A stretch of DNA of 63,972 bases, filler included, from Rhabdomonas costata (lineage: Eukaryota): NCBI GenBank assembly GCA_019059605.1. It is 25 parts of 25 records of this genome, joined end to end, with 100 filler letters (N's around TTAATTAATTAA, not from the genome) between each part and the next. Parts side by side here need not be neighbours in the genome. Positions count along the whole stretch, not along the records: positions 12,817 to 15,279 come from JAHMHO010003290.1; positions 15,380 to 17,842 come from JAHMHO010003291.1; positions 17,943 to 20,405 come from JAHMHO010003292.1; positions 20,506 to 22,970 come from JAHMHO010003293.1; positions 23,071 to 25,532 come from JAHMHO010003294.1; 20 more parts are not named here. One strand, given 5' to 3'. A program made the translations under genes and the position numbers. The notes under the pieces were generated by a model. The model saw only the letters and a program-made list of their open reading frames with translations. It did not search any database and was not told the DNA's origin. Of the stretch, positions 13,265 to 25,532 are shown in pieces (positions within the stretch are counted from its first letter, which is position 1; every line of letters begins with the position of its first letter).

Positions 13265-15256
13265 AGGCCATCTCCTCCGTGGGTCGGGCGGCCCAACAGC
13301 GGGCTCAGGAGCTGGCCCGGGCCGCGGAGCAGGCCCAGGAGCTGATGCGCTCGAAGGAGATGTTCTTCGCGATGGTGAGCCACGAGATGCGGACGCCGTT
13401 GACGACGTGCATTGGGATGGCCGAGGAATGTTTTTTGCGTACCATTTTCCGCTTCTTTTTCTTTGCTGTTGAAAGGCTTTTCTTAGCCTTGTGTCAATGG
13501 TGGTTGCAACACACCATCTCTTGAGCATCATCCGTCCTCTCGACTTCCAATTTGCTGACTCATACGTATTTGCCTTGGACTCGGCAACACCAGATTATCT
13601 TTGCCGAATCTCTACCACTGCTCAATTCTTGCAGATCCTCTTGGAGACGACAACGCTCGACCCGAAGCAGCGGGAGTGCACCCGGTCCATCAGCTGCAGC
13701 GGGAGCGCTCTGCTCTCCCAAATCAACGACCTGCTGGACGTATGCCCCTGTTTACGTCGCATTTTCATGTTTGTGCAGACCTGGCTCCTCCTCTCCTTTC
13801 AACTTCTCTGGGACATTTTTCGTGCAGTTCTCGAAAATTCAGAGCGGGATGCTCGTTCTGGACGCTCGTCCCTTTGTCCTTCATGACTGCGTCGACGGAA
13901 CCCTTGAGATTGTGCAGATGAAAGCCGAGGCGAAGGGACTGGAGCTGGTGCCATGGGTCAGCTCTACTGCCCCCAGGATTATGCTTGGGGACCCCGGGCG
14001 TCTGCGTCAAGTCCTTCTGAATCTGCTGAGCAACGCAATCAAGGTTTGGCCCTTCCCTTCTTTTTAGATCGTATCGAGAAGTCATCCCTCGATCCGCCCA
14101 GTTGACAGTTTTTGTTGTCACTGTTTTTCACAGTTGATGCTTTTTGCATTGTCCTTTTACGGGACCCATCAATAGCAGATACAAAAATATGCAATTGTCT
14201 TCAAGTGCAGATCCTTCTTCCGGCCTCAGTTCCCGAACCTCTCATGCGACTTCGTTTACAGCGAACAATTTGGCGCTTTCTTCTAGGAGGTTCTCTTTCG
14301 GGGCCTGCCATATGCGTGCGTCTTCACTTGACCGAGGAGAATGAAATCAAACATAGGAAGGGCGTCAGATTTCCGCTGAAACGGAATAGGGTCTGGCAGC
14401 ATTTTGCTTTGCTGCAGTTTCAGTGTACTGGGAAACACTGACAACGTCTGCCGCAGAATGTCACAAAAATGTCACAAAAAGAGCAGGGTGTGTCCACGAT
14501 ATGGTGGTGTACAGTTGCATATAGATTACTCAGAATTGCTCCACCATAAACTGAGACTTTTTGTCACCTGGCCGGAACTCAGGTTCTCGGTCTAAGGCTC
14601 ATATCCGTACCGCGTTCCCAGTTAGATGCTGGATTGGAGCAAAGGACAGCTTCTGGCCCGAAAACTTTGGCGCACAACCCCTTCTTTTTTCTCTTCACCG
14701 GCAACTGGGGGTAATGCACCTCTACTCACAGACACCCATGCGAGACCAGCGGTAGGAATACAGGGCAAAAAGACCAGATCAGAATGTCAGAGACTAATCT
14801 CACAGTGTACGGGTGGAGCTAACCTTAGATCGGATCGAGAAGTAGTCCTTCGAGGCACCCTGTTGACGGTTTGTTGTCACTGTTTTTCACAGTTGACGCG
14901 TTTAGCATTGTCCTTTTGTAGTATATAATAAGTAATCTTATACTTCTACTCGGTTTTGCACGGATGGGAGTCTGCCGTCTGCTGCATTTGCAGTTCTGAT
15001 ACTGTCATTTTTGTTCCTTTTTCAGAGCTGTCGATTAGATTTCTTTGGCTTATCATGGTGCTTGATCTGTTCTCCCCTTATAATTTTTTCGTGGGGTATG
15101 TGTTTGATTGTTTTTAGTTCACGCCCAATGGGAAAGTTGTCCTTCGGTGCCGCCCCAGTCCAGACCACTGCAGGCTGATATTTGAGGTCCAGGATACGGG
15201 GATCGGCCTTTCCGAGGAGACGATTGGGCGGCTTTTTCAGCCATTCATGCAAGCAG
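13265..15256 (+). CDS. Sensor histidine kinase (HisKA + HATPase_c), partial, 4 exons
   Basis: Exons ~13265-13425, 13635-13739, 13828-14043 and 15118-15256 give H-box FFAMVSHEMRTPL, LLSQINDLLDFSKIQSG, N-box GDPGRLRQVLLNLLSNAIKFT, and G1/F boxes EVQDTGIGLS...LFQPFMQA. Confidence 0.95.
14064..14917 (+). repeat. Diverged ~95-bp direct repeat pair in histidine-kinase intron (14064-14158 and 14825-14917)
   Basis: Both copies contain ttagatcg.atcgagaagt and ttgttgtcactgtttttcacagttga...gcattgtcctttt. Confidence 0.85.
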
Positions 15257-16179
15257 GTATTCACTTCGCCCACCCACCCNNNNNNNNNNNNNNNNNNNNN
15301 NNNNNNNNNNNNNNNNNNNNNNNTTAATTAATTAANNNNNNNNNNNNNNNNNNNNNNNNNNNNNNNNNNNNNNNNNNNNCCGACAAACGACATTTTGCCC
15401 CCCCCCTCCATATGTCGGTTTTTTTCTTGCTCGCACCTCTCTTTTCACTTTGTGAGGGAAACACTCCCACTCCTAGAGCTACGTGTTGTTTTTCGCGTTC
15501 CCATTCCTATTCGTGCATTCTTGTCCTCTGCTACATTTTTCCGAATTCTTTCACTGTCCAACTTTCTTCGGTGTCGCGCTGATGTACATCATGCACCGTA
15601 TTCTCTAATCTTTCTCGTTCCTTTTTGATAGGACTTCGAGGGGCACACCCCGTTGTACCGCGCCGCTGCTCTGAAGGGCGCCGCTGCAGGCCTGTTTGAG
15701 GCTTTCCTGCGGTTCGGGGCCTCCGCCACTGCAATTCAGGTCTTTTTCATTTTTTCTGTATTTTCTTCTTGAATTCTCGAGCCGGTGACAGCTTAGGCTC
15801 CGACAGGTCTTTTTTAGGCAAGTGCCGCTGCCGTTACCGCCTCTCCCAGCTGATTAAAAAGAAAATAGGGCTTTTTCAGGGCCATTTCGCTAATCGTGGG
15901 TGGTATAGACCAGTGGTTTTGCGGGACTACATTTGAGCATTGACTCCTTGTTTTGTTCGCTACCTACTTGTGATGGCTTGTAATTTAATTGCGTGGTGGA
16001 ATGTTAGGATGCAGATCTATTGATTTGGTTGCTCTTCATCATCGTTGATTAATGATGAAACGAGCGAAATAGATTGATAGATTTTGCTCAGACAGGTGCC
16101 GTTTCAACACAGTTCAACATAATTTGTGTATGATTATTCACCTGATATGACAGGACGCTGGAGTCTTGTGAGACCCGTC

Positions 16180-17445
16180 GGTCAACCCGACGCCTGCGGC
16201 CTCTGCGATGCGAACCACCGCCTCTCTAAGAGCGTTGTGCGGTGACACCGGAGCTGGAAGTCTACGGCCGAGAAGTCAAGAAGTCAGGTACAGGACATCG
16301 CGACATTCAACCAAGCTGAGGCATGCGGCTGAGGCATGCGGCATTCCAGGCGGAAAAGGTCCCGAGGGGTCGCTTGAGCTTCCCATGACCCTCATCAGTT
16401 CTCAGACACTTGCTGACTCCAGGTGCGCTGGCAGGATAGAGCCACGGCTTCGGAGGGCAACAACCTACCGATGGAGCCTGAACGGATCCAACCAGAAAGC
16501 ACGTCAGAGGAACCCGCCAAAAGCCGCTGTACACGTGTGGCCGCATCAAGAAACCCGATGGGGAGAGAAGGAGGGCGTTCTCAACCGACAGTGTTTGTCG
16601 AGAGGGAGAAGCACAAGGAACCTGAAAGAAAGGCAACACGAGCCATCGTCAAGGGATCCTGAATACCCAGCCCACCGAGAGACAGACCTGATGCCACTGC
16701 GCATCAGATAGGGAGGAAACCCAAAAAGGAGGACAACGACTCACGCACAAAAAGGGAGCAGGGCTGGAGAGCAGGTTCAAGGAGCGCGAAGGGAATAGTG
16801 CGGGCGGCATAAACCAGCTTGCAAGCACCCAAGCAAGAGCGGAGAATGAGAAGGCTTGTCTGTGGGCAGTCGAGAAACTGCAGTCTCTCTGCAGAGCGTT
16901 CAAAGTCACCGGTGCGTTTGGACAAAAACTCCCCCAAGTTTGATTCGGGACCCACATGCGGGCCAAGCACTCTCACTCCACAGGTCAGCGGAACAGACGC
17001 GAACTTGTGGAGTAAAGAGTTGGGCGAGAGGCGGGACACATCACCCCACACAACCGTCTTCGAAAAGATAAGCTCAAGCCCGAGCCCTGAAAAGATGGGC
17101 AAGAGACGTGAGCGCGTGGGAAAGCTGCTCGGGTGTGCCGGCAAGCGCGCCGTCGTCAAGGAACCGAACTGTGTCATTCCCGCACTTTGGGCTCGGAGGC
17201 ACTGGGGACCCCCACCCTAACCTGGCGGGGCGCCAGCATGGCGGTGCCCATTGAGCGCTGATCTGCCAGAACGAATTTGCCCTCGAGCCTCCTGAGAGCC
17301 TCACCCACTGTGCAATCGTGCGAATGCCCGCAGCCGCCTTTTGGGATGCCCAGCAGCCTTGCTCCAGCAAATAGCGGGGCCAGCGAAGGGGCATGCCCCC
17401 AGGCCTCCAGTGCGTCGTCAGCGTCGGGCACCGGGTAGAACTCCC
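16180..17445 (-). mobile_element. Decayed CRE-clade-like (RLE-type) non-LTR retrotransposon, RT to endonuclease, internally deleted
   Basis: LAPLFAGARLLGIPKGG...VGEALRRL, QVRVGVP, FLDDGALAG, GLELIFSKT, GVRVLG, LLILRSC...KLVYAART, SDAQWHQ..L..GGLGI, RL....PHASAWL and HNALRE, in the canonical order with frameshifts and stops. Confidence 0.85.
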
Positions 17446-17578
17446 CCCGGGGGAGTCGGACTTTTCGTTGTCTCTGTGTTGGTGCTTTTCGTTTGTGGTG
17501 GTTTTCCTGACCCTCCCCACCTCCACAGCTTCATTTCCCATCCGCCTATGGAGAGTGCACCTGCCCTGTCCCACTTTT

Positions 17579-17790
17579 ATGGCCGCTGCCGACGAGAGTG
17601 ATGCGGGGCAGTGTGCACTTGTCCCGTTCTTTCGCTGCCCCTTCTCAAGCTGTTCGGGCCACCCTGGTTGGACGGCATGTCCTTCTCTGCTGAAGCACGT
17701 GGAACGCATCCATATTCAGTCAGGCTCTGACCCCGCGCCAGAGTGGTTTCGAGATCGTCGGTGGGCTTGCACTCGCTGCAACCGCTTGGT
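17579..17790 (+). mobile_element. C2H2 zinc-finger N-terminus of a CRE-like element (opposite orientation to adjacent RT)
   Basis: ATG then FRCPFSSCSGHPGW....LLKHVERIH followed by WACTRC, resembling the N-terminal fingers of RLE-type non-LTR ORFs. Truncated by the contig end. Confidence 0.6.
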
Positions 17791-20700
17791 TCCGAGCGGT
17801 TGCAGCGAGTGCAAGCCAACCAACCCCCAACACACCCAACCCNNNNNNNNNNNNNNNNNNNNNNNNNNNNNNNNNNNNNNNNNNNNTTAATTAATTAANN
17901 NNNNNNNNNNNNNNNNNNNNNNNNNNNNNNNNNNNNNNNNNNGTGTTGGTGTGTTTGGGGGTGTTGTGAAACCTTAGTCCTGGGCGTTCAACGAGCATGA
18001 GTAACCATGGCTTTTTTATGGGGGGGGGGCTTTATGTTATTTCACCTGCACGTTGTGTTTTAGTCCATAGCCGTTCTCAGCAGGGAACTCGGTGAGTCTC
18101 CCGAAAGGCTTGCTCCTACCGAGTCCGATGGATCCGACTCAATGGAGGGTGACCTTCATTCTCACACGGAAGTCTTGTGGTACCGGTGGATGATCTGACG
18201 GAGGATGCAGTCCTGTAGGAGGATGCACATTGGCAAACCAGGACACCTGGTATAAGATGAATTCACTAAGCGCCAAAGACCGAGCACCGTGAAAACGAAA
18301 CGCAGAGAATCAGAGAATTTTTTTTCAATTATGGGATGGGGTGTTACTTTCGAGTAAGGAATTGTTCGAAGAAGCCGACACAGTCTGGACGAGTCTGGGG
18401 AGCAGCTAGCACGATTATCATCACCTGGCTTGAGTTCCTGCGCTCGCATCTGCCCAACACGACACTGGCAATCAACTCCAGCGTCAGTTTATCGAACAAA
18501 CACCGAGCATTACTAACAGTCACCTAGCATTCGCTCCGACGAGGAGGAGCCGCCACACTCGTCTCCCTTGGCGTCAGCAACAACCGGCCTTCTCTGGAAG
18601 GTGGCAGACAACCTCCAATGTGCCCACCATCCGGGCTTCCGTCTGCGTGAAAAGGTCTGCTGCATTTGCGCCGAATAGGAAGCGTCCGCGAACTGCTTTC
18701 TGAGGCATATGCAAAGGAAAAAGCAACTACGACCACTTTCCTCCTTGTGTTTGTTCTTATCGAAGCTTTCTCAGATAATCTCCTCTACGCACTGCCTTTT
18801 GTATCTCCAATTTAATCCCTGTCTCCAGCAACTTCGGTTTGTTGGCGCTGAGCTTGGAAGAGCAAAGTGCCAAAGACGCCTGACTTCGAGCGGCCCGTTC
18901 CAGGTCTGTCTGGCTCTGTGGCGGCCTTGCTCCAGCAGTTGCTCACGTTGACAGTTGAAGATGATGCCCCAGAAGTTGGCCGTGCTGTGCTTGGGTTGTC
19001 CGGCCAGAGGGCTGGGAAGTCTTCCATGAGAACGAACTCGAACGGGGCGCGTTCAGGGGTTGGAGTCGTCCTTTGTAGGCACTGCTAGCGATGGTGAGGG
19101 AGGTGAAGAGGTCGATCCACTGCCCGAGGGCTGGATGAGATCGGGGTTGTTCCAAACGAACGAACGAAACTCGAAGAAAAGCTGATCTCCAGGTTGACCT
19201 GAAGGAATGGCAAGTATGAGGTCCTTCGCCAGATGCACGGTTCAGCACCCGGACGGTCAGCACCCCAAGATATGTTGAACAGGGTGTTGTCTCGCAGGTG
19301 CAACACGAAGTCCACGGCACTGACCCTCGTAACGAGGTGGCACCGTTGTGGGGGTCCTTCCTTGGGCGCTGGCCTGGAGCTGTTTTCATTCCCGAGCTGC
19401 ACACTCCTGATGCTCCACAAGAGCCCAAAATAAACGGAAAGTGTCCTCGTGTTCAACATATCAGGGGGAGCTGAAATAAATAAAAATGTTGGGCGGCAGG
19501 ATAAGAGAATGCTTGAGGCTGCGCAAACGCAAACCAAAGCAACAAACAAAGCTCAAACACTCTCAAAGGAGCAAAGTAGAGCAGTTCGAGACTCCGGGAA
19601 AAAATATAAGAACCGAAACGGGTTGGAGCGTGGGGGCAGAGACGCCGTGCAACGAAAAGTACCTCTTGTACCGTTTGACATGGACACGACAGCAGTCTGT
19701 CGTGTCCATGTGAAGAGGACGAGAAGAAATCGGCCAAGAAAGAAGACGCAGAAAAAGTTGCAAAAAAAAAACTCTTTGTTTTGAACCCATTCGAAACCGC
19801 AGGTTTGCTTTGCTCAGTACAACGTGCTCGTGGCGTTCCGTTCTGTCGTGCCGTTCTCCGCCACTCGCAAGGGATCCACAGTATCCTCAGCCGTCGGCAC
19901 CGCATCATATCTCGAACAGTTCGTCCTGCGAAATGACCAAACCTCCATAAACAGAACAGAAGGGGGAACAGTTGAGCCGTGGCATTTCTCCGAAATCGAA
20001 GCCTAGATCCTGTTAACCTTTATGGAGCATAACGTCAGGTTACCGTCCGATCCACACCAAAAGAGCATGCACAGCTTCAAAGCCTTAAAGTCTGCGATGT
20101 AATAACAACTTTTGGAATGGCAACTTTTGTCCATTTTTTTTTGTTTTTAGCCTCTGTTTTAGAGTAAGCGTTTCCTTGTGGTTACTGCTGGTAATCCCAT
20201 CCCTTGGAAAACATGGGGTGACGTCCTGCCCCGAGTCATCAGTCAGGGGTTGTCTCTCCCCCCATCCACCCCCAGCAAACATCACCTGACCATATCCAAA
20301 AGGATGGTGAACCAGCAGGACTTAGTGAACCGCACCGCGGAGATGGCGTCGATCTATGGGATCCTCCTGTTCGACGTGCTGAGCCGGGGCTCGCAGTTCA
20401 CCAACNNNNNNNNNNNNNNNNNNNNNNNNNNNNNNNNNNNNNNNNNNNNTTAATTAATTAANNNNNNNNNNNNNNNNNNNNNNNNNNNNNNNNNNNNNNN
20501 NNNNNTCCAGGTCGCGGGGTTGCACAGCGTGGGCGGGCAATCGCGAACATCTCCGCAAACCTGTTTGGGTGGGCGAGACAAACTCAAAAGTGACCCCAAG
20601 AAACAAAGCAGCCCTCTGCACTGCAGGTCCTATCCGCACCAAGGGAATCCACGGGAAGAGTAGCAATGTCGAGCAGCGGAGCTGCGAGGCTAAACAGGAG

Positions 20701-21269
20701 GCAGGGATGAGGGGAAGGAGAGGGTGAGAGATGTAAAGGGGGAGGCCGGCAGGAGCAAGGTGGCAGCAATTGGACAGTAAATCGCACAGCGGTGGAGACA
20801 GAGGAGACATGAAACGCGCTCTGTGACTTCGCGGCGTCTCACGCCTGCCCGTCCCAGAGGGTGCAAGCGTTTTTCAAGGCAAGAGGAGATGGCAAAGCGA
20901 AGTCTCGTAGAAAAAGGATTGCCGCAGATCTCAACAACGAAACTATCAGGGCAGGAGGAGAAACGAGATGGAGGAAACACGTGTGCGGGGTTTTGGACAC
21001 GCATCTTTCCATCATGAACGACAAGTAAAATTGTGCACATCTATAGAGTGCCACAGGAGTGCCACATGCCCTGACCAATAGACGAACAAGTTTCACCAGA
21101 CCCATTTCACGGCCAGCCTTTTTTTCTTGCCAAAACTTTTGTTCCAACTTTTTTAAGGAAGGTTGTTTTTATTTTTCTGTAAGCCCGCTTTGGGTCGTCG
21201 CACCCCCGCCCATAATCACTGCGAGCTTCTTAAAAGACAAACCGCACCCGTAAACACAGCGGATTCCGA

Positions 21270-21300
<31 letters not shown>

Positions 21301-21431
21301 CTTTCTTCTTTTTTTTTTTTGCTATTTCTTTTGCAGTGGTTTAAGGAAAACGGCCCTGCCCAAATCTATCACGCTTCCACAAGAGTCAGTCAAGCTTGAC
21401 TGAAGGGGAGGAGGTAGAGGCCGAGGTAGGG

Positions 21432-22839
21432 TCAACTCAACACAGACCCGAAGTCCAGCACAAAGGTCTGCTCATCCAGGGCCGCGGAGGGGCTAGCCCG
21501 GCTGGCGGTGGCACTTCTGGGGGGGACAGGGCAAAGCTCGACCCCCCGAGGGGGGCCCAATCGGTAGAACACGTGGTTCCCTAGAGCCCCCGCGGCGTTG
21601 GTGGGGGGCTGCAGCTGCAGGGCCTTCGCGGTGAACCCCAGCTCGGTCAGAATGAAGATCACCGCGAGCTGCTTCGCCTCCGCGCTGGTGGGGAGTGCCA
21701 AAAGAAAAAGCAACGCAAATGATTATGCGACAGGCAGGTTGTGTCTATCCTTGGAATTGCTGGACTGGGATCACAGTGGCTTGGGGGACCCGAAATTATT
21801 ATGGACGTTTCCAGTTTTCGTCTCTGGCGAGAATCGCTGCGGTTTTTGTGTCATATTGCTTCGTTTTATTTCCGGGCTGATAGAAACGACGGCAGATTAG
21901 GGGCCAAGGGGCCGCCCAAGCGCAGCACCTAAGATCAGGCGGTGTCCCAATGGGTGCGTGCGTGCGTTTTTGAGAGTTCGGATTTCGCCCATGTCCCCCC
22001 CCCCCAAAAAAAAACCTGAGAGCCCAGATTTTGTGCTCGATCGCCTTTTCCTACGGTGGTCATACCTATCAAACACATTACATACATGTAGTATAGAGGG
22101 GAAGGCAGGAGACAGGGGAGGGGAACAGGTCCGACTTCTCCCCTCCCGGATCACTGCGTATACCTATACGGCGTGCGTGAAGCGGTGGAACCGCGGCGCA
22201 CACATAATGCGCGCAGCGAAAGAGTTTGAGACAAACCGGAGGCGAAGCCTCACCCCTCGCCCTGCTCAACCCCCTAGAGTTTATTGGGCCGCGAGGTTCT
22301 TCTACTTCCATCCTTCCTCGGCGAGTTGGGTTGTTTTGTATGATATAAATTAAATGCTGTAAATTGTAAATTAATTAATCCAGAACCCAGAAAACCTTGA
22401 CATTCTAGAATTGGGGCACACTCACGAGACCAGAACCAGAAGCGGAGAGAAAGAATTGTTTTGGGGATAGCCACACCGGTCCGGTCCCCTCCCTGATTCT
22501 CATTGCCTGGACCAGCAAGGTCGAATGGAAAAAGAAACCCACTTTGGCCAAGAAACAGTGTGGCAGGCGCAATGATGGCGTGCTCTGAAAAACGCCCGTC
22601 AGTCCCTTTCTGTCCCATCCTTCCCATTCGTCACCCCACGCCAAGCAGCCAACCCCGGACCTCGCTGCGCGAGCCCTCCCTGTGGCACAGAAGTGCTGGG
22701 CCCTGATCACCAGCAGGTTGATCTTCATGGACAGCCGGAAGGGGGTGACCAGCTCGTGGCGCTCCTCCGGGTCCGGCTCGAAGGTTACCGCAGGGTGACT
22801 GACTAGCTTATACCGGCGGCTATTGTCCTCCCCCACGGC
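21432..22839 (-). CDS. Putative multi-exon gene fragments, unknown function
   Basis: Two GC3-rich blocks preceded by pyrimidine tract + AG: 22839-~22661 (AVGEDNSRRYKLV...MKINLLVIRAQHF) and ~21685-21432 (AEAKQLAVIFILTELGF...). No family recognised. Confidence 0.4.
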
Positions 22840-23379
22840 CTATAAGAGTGAGAGGGAGGGAGATCAATAACTCCAAATCCGAGCGTCCAACGCCGTTAAA
22901 CGGTTGAAATTTTCAAACAACATAAATCGCCATGTAGGGGGCACTGGCAAGGTAAACCTAACCCAAAACANNNNNNNNNNNNNNNNNNNNNNNNNNNNNN
23001 NNNNNNNNNNNNNNTTAATTAATTAANNNNNNNNNNNNNNNNNNNNNNNNNNNNNNNNNNNNNNNNNNNNGTGTTTTTTGCCAATTATCCCTTTGAAGAA
23101 AAAACACTTAACAGCACAAAAAGGATGGAGGATGGAGGATGGAGGATAGAGATAGCGTTGGATTGAGTACAGCTAATTAGTTGCTAAGGGGTTAGGCGGC
23201 ACCCGAATAGATGGGCATATGGACCGGACGGCTGAATCCGGCGGCAGGTTTCGCACTGCTCCAGGAGGAGGGTTGGTACCGGCGTCCACAAGAACCAGAA
23301 AAGGCGCTTCTCAGCGTTCTGCCACTCCCGCAAATGGAAACCCCTTCTCTTCCCTTCCGCGGGGGCATACTGTGTACAC

Positions 23380-25532
23380 CCCCGCGGCGACGGGGATGGC
23401 GCAGCAGCACGTCAGCAGGTTGGCCACCAGGTACAGCTGCAGCACCCCAAACCCCTGCACAGCGATCACAATTAGTGGCACGTTCAGCACTAGCACCAGC
23501 ACCCGGGCCAGCCTGACGCTGCGGCCCTTCAAGAAGACCCCGCTGAGGGAGGCCACCAGCCCGTTCTGCACACTGTCGACGGCGCTCTCGTTCATGATCG
23601 CCGCCAGCACCACCACAGCTACCCCCACCACGCTGTCCACCTTCGCACTCGCAGTTCCAGGGCGATTGCCCTTCAGGATCTGAAGAGGGACCCGGACGGT
23701 ATGGTGAGGGAAGGGGACGGCACGCATCACATACTACACCAGGCCACACTTTGAACTCAGCGCTGTTAACCTCAGACCGTGACATAAAGCCGCCAAGGAC
23801 CAGTGTCATTAAGAGTGGTAAAAAAGAATTCTGAAATTCAACAGTCTTCACTCTCAGTTTCAGGGTGTTACGGGTATCTCATGCCATTGTACATCGGGTG
23901 GTTGTGAATAGCATCGGGTCGGGAAGTCAAGAACACAGGAAGATGTGTACGGTAATTTCGGTCTGGATCTGCGCACCTGGCGGCAACCCTTAAGTTTTGT
24001 TTGCTTCGGCAGAGCGTGCGCGCCAGCGACACAGCTCACAGCATAGCGAAAGGGCACACGGCCACAGGCCCATCGTATTCGAAGACCTAAAATGGCTTGG
24101 AGCGGGTAAACCTTTTGTCAACGCACAGCAACATGACCACAACGTCCATCACAACTTCAGCGCGATAATATTTGAGAGAACACAAAACCAAGAGACAGAG
24201 AAAGAGAGAGAGTAGATGAGTTCCCCTCGTTCCCTGGAAAGAAGTCCAGCCTCTGAAGAGCCCCAGGCCAAGGGATGCTTTTTGGGGAAGCGGAAAGGAG
24301 AAGAAAAAAAGGGAAAAAGAGGAAGGAGAGAAGGGGTGGGTGCAGGAGTGTGTGGGAGAGGCAGCGACGCGATTTGTTGTGGGATCACCTGAAGGAGGTA
24401 GAGGTTGGGATTTGTGGAGGAGTCCACCAGGCCCGCCCAGCAGGCCAGCCAGCCCCCCAGCCCCAGTAGGAAAATCACCACAGTTAGCGTGCTGAACCCC
24501 AGCCATGCTCCACACCACAGCGCGCGACGGTCCGCCGAGGCCCACACCCGCGACCACATCGACTCAGAGAACACCATCGCCGTGGTCAGCGAGGCCGGCA
24601 TCGTCAGGATTGACGAGAACCCTTTTTTCGTGTGTGGGGATTTATCACGGGTGGGCAGCGAACGGGCCCTCTCGTATGACTTCTCAACCAGAAAAAATGA
24701 ATTCGGTGCAGGCAGGCGTAACGACCGAACACAAACAAGGCAGTGGGCAGCTAGAGAGACTTGGATATGGTGTTGTGAGCAAGGCTAAGGCGCGGGATTC
24801 CAGCTATCCTGTGTCCCGGACTGCCCAGACACCATGGCTCAGACAAAAAATAGCACAAAACACAACAAATAGCACAAATTCAACGAATTTCACTTGAGAT
24901 TAGCCACAGTCGATCTGTCAAGTACTTCCGAACTACTAAATCAGAGCCCCAACCGACCATCCAGGCTCAAATTGTGATACTTGTACTTGATAAATGTATA
25001 AGGTCCTCAGTTAGACCCAGAAGTCACGAGTGAAGTGAAGTGAAGAACAAAAGTAAGTGGTCCTATGCCCCCCTTCCCTCCGAACAACAAAAAGAAAGAG
25101 GAACTCATGTTATGCCACAGAAAAAAGCAAGCAGGAAGAAGCAGGTTATCTAATCTGCGAAAACATTCACCAGAATCGCTCTTCTCTTGAGTTTACGTTT
25201 ACGTAAGGCGCGCAGCGTCAGCATCAAACAAAGAGAACAGGAATGCATACGCATGTACGGATGCCGTTCCACACAGATCGACCTGCAGTGCCCTGCCCCA
25301 CCAAGAGCTCAGATGTGAGCGGCCCGAAATGCGGCCGAAAAGTGATGCTGCAGTACAGCAGCAGCAGCATCACCAGGGTCATGCTGGCCACGGCCTGCAG
25401 GCGGTCTGCCGCAATGGAGACCTCCAGCCCACCGTACGCCGTGTACGTCATCGTCAGCACGGCAATGAGCACGATCACGGTGTACGGCTCTGTGCCCACG
25501 AAGGCGCTGAACAGGGTCCCCATAGTGGTGTA
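23380..25532 (-). CDS. Sodium:solute symporter (SSS) family transporter, partial, 3 exons
   Basis: Exons 25532-25283, 24621-24389 and 23679-~23380. Motifs TYTAYGGLEVSIAADRLQ (cf. YT..GG.....TD..Q), FSESMWSRVWASAD and IMNESAVDS, with many hydrophobic helices. Confidence 0.9.

Noticed and set aside
17764-17817. Perfect 23-bp-arm inverted repeat
   Set aside because: Lies 25 nt from the contig end, overwrites a zinc-finger ORF and is followed by the primer-like tail. Probable fold-back during amplification.
17943-17968. G/T-only 5' ends and C/A-only 3' ends on most contigs (possible telomeres of gene-sized chromosomes)
   Set aside because: The tails are irregular, cut through exons and introns, and resemble G/T-degenerate whole-genome-amplification primers. 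Most likely a library artifact.
17943-20405. Short ORFs in this contig and at 34790-35110, 49880-50955 and 54525-54895
   Set aside because: They may be exons, but I could not fix strand, frame or family. Most short six-frame ORFs in the track are chance or antisense shadows of GC-rich exons.
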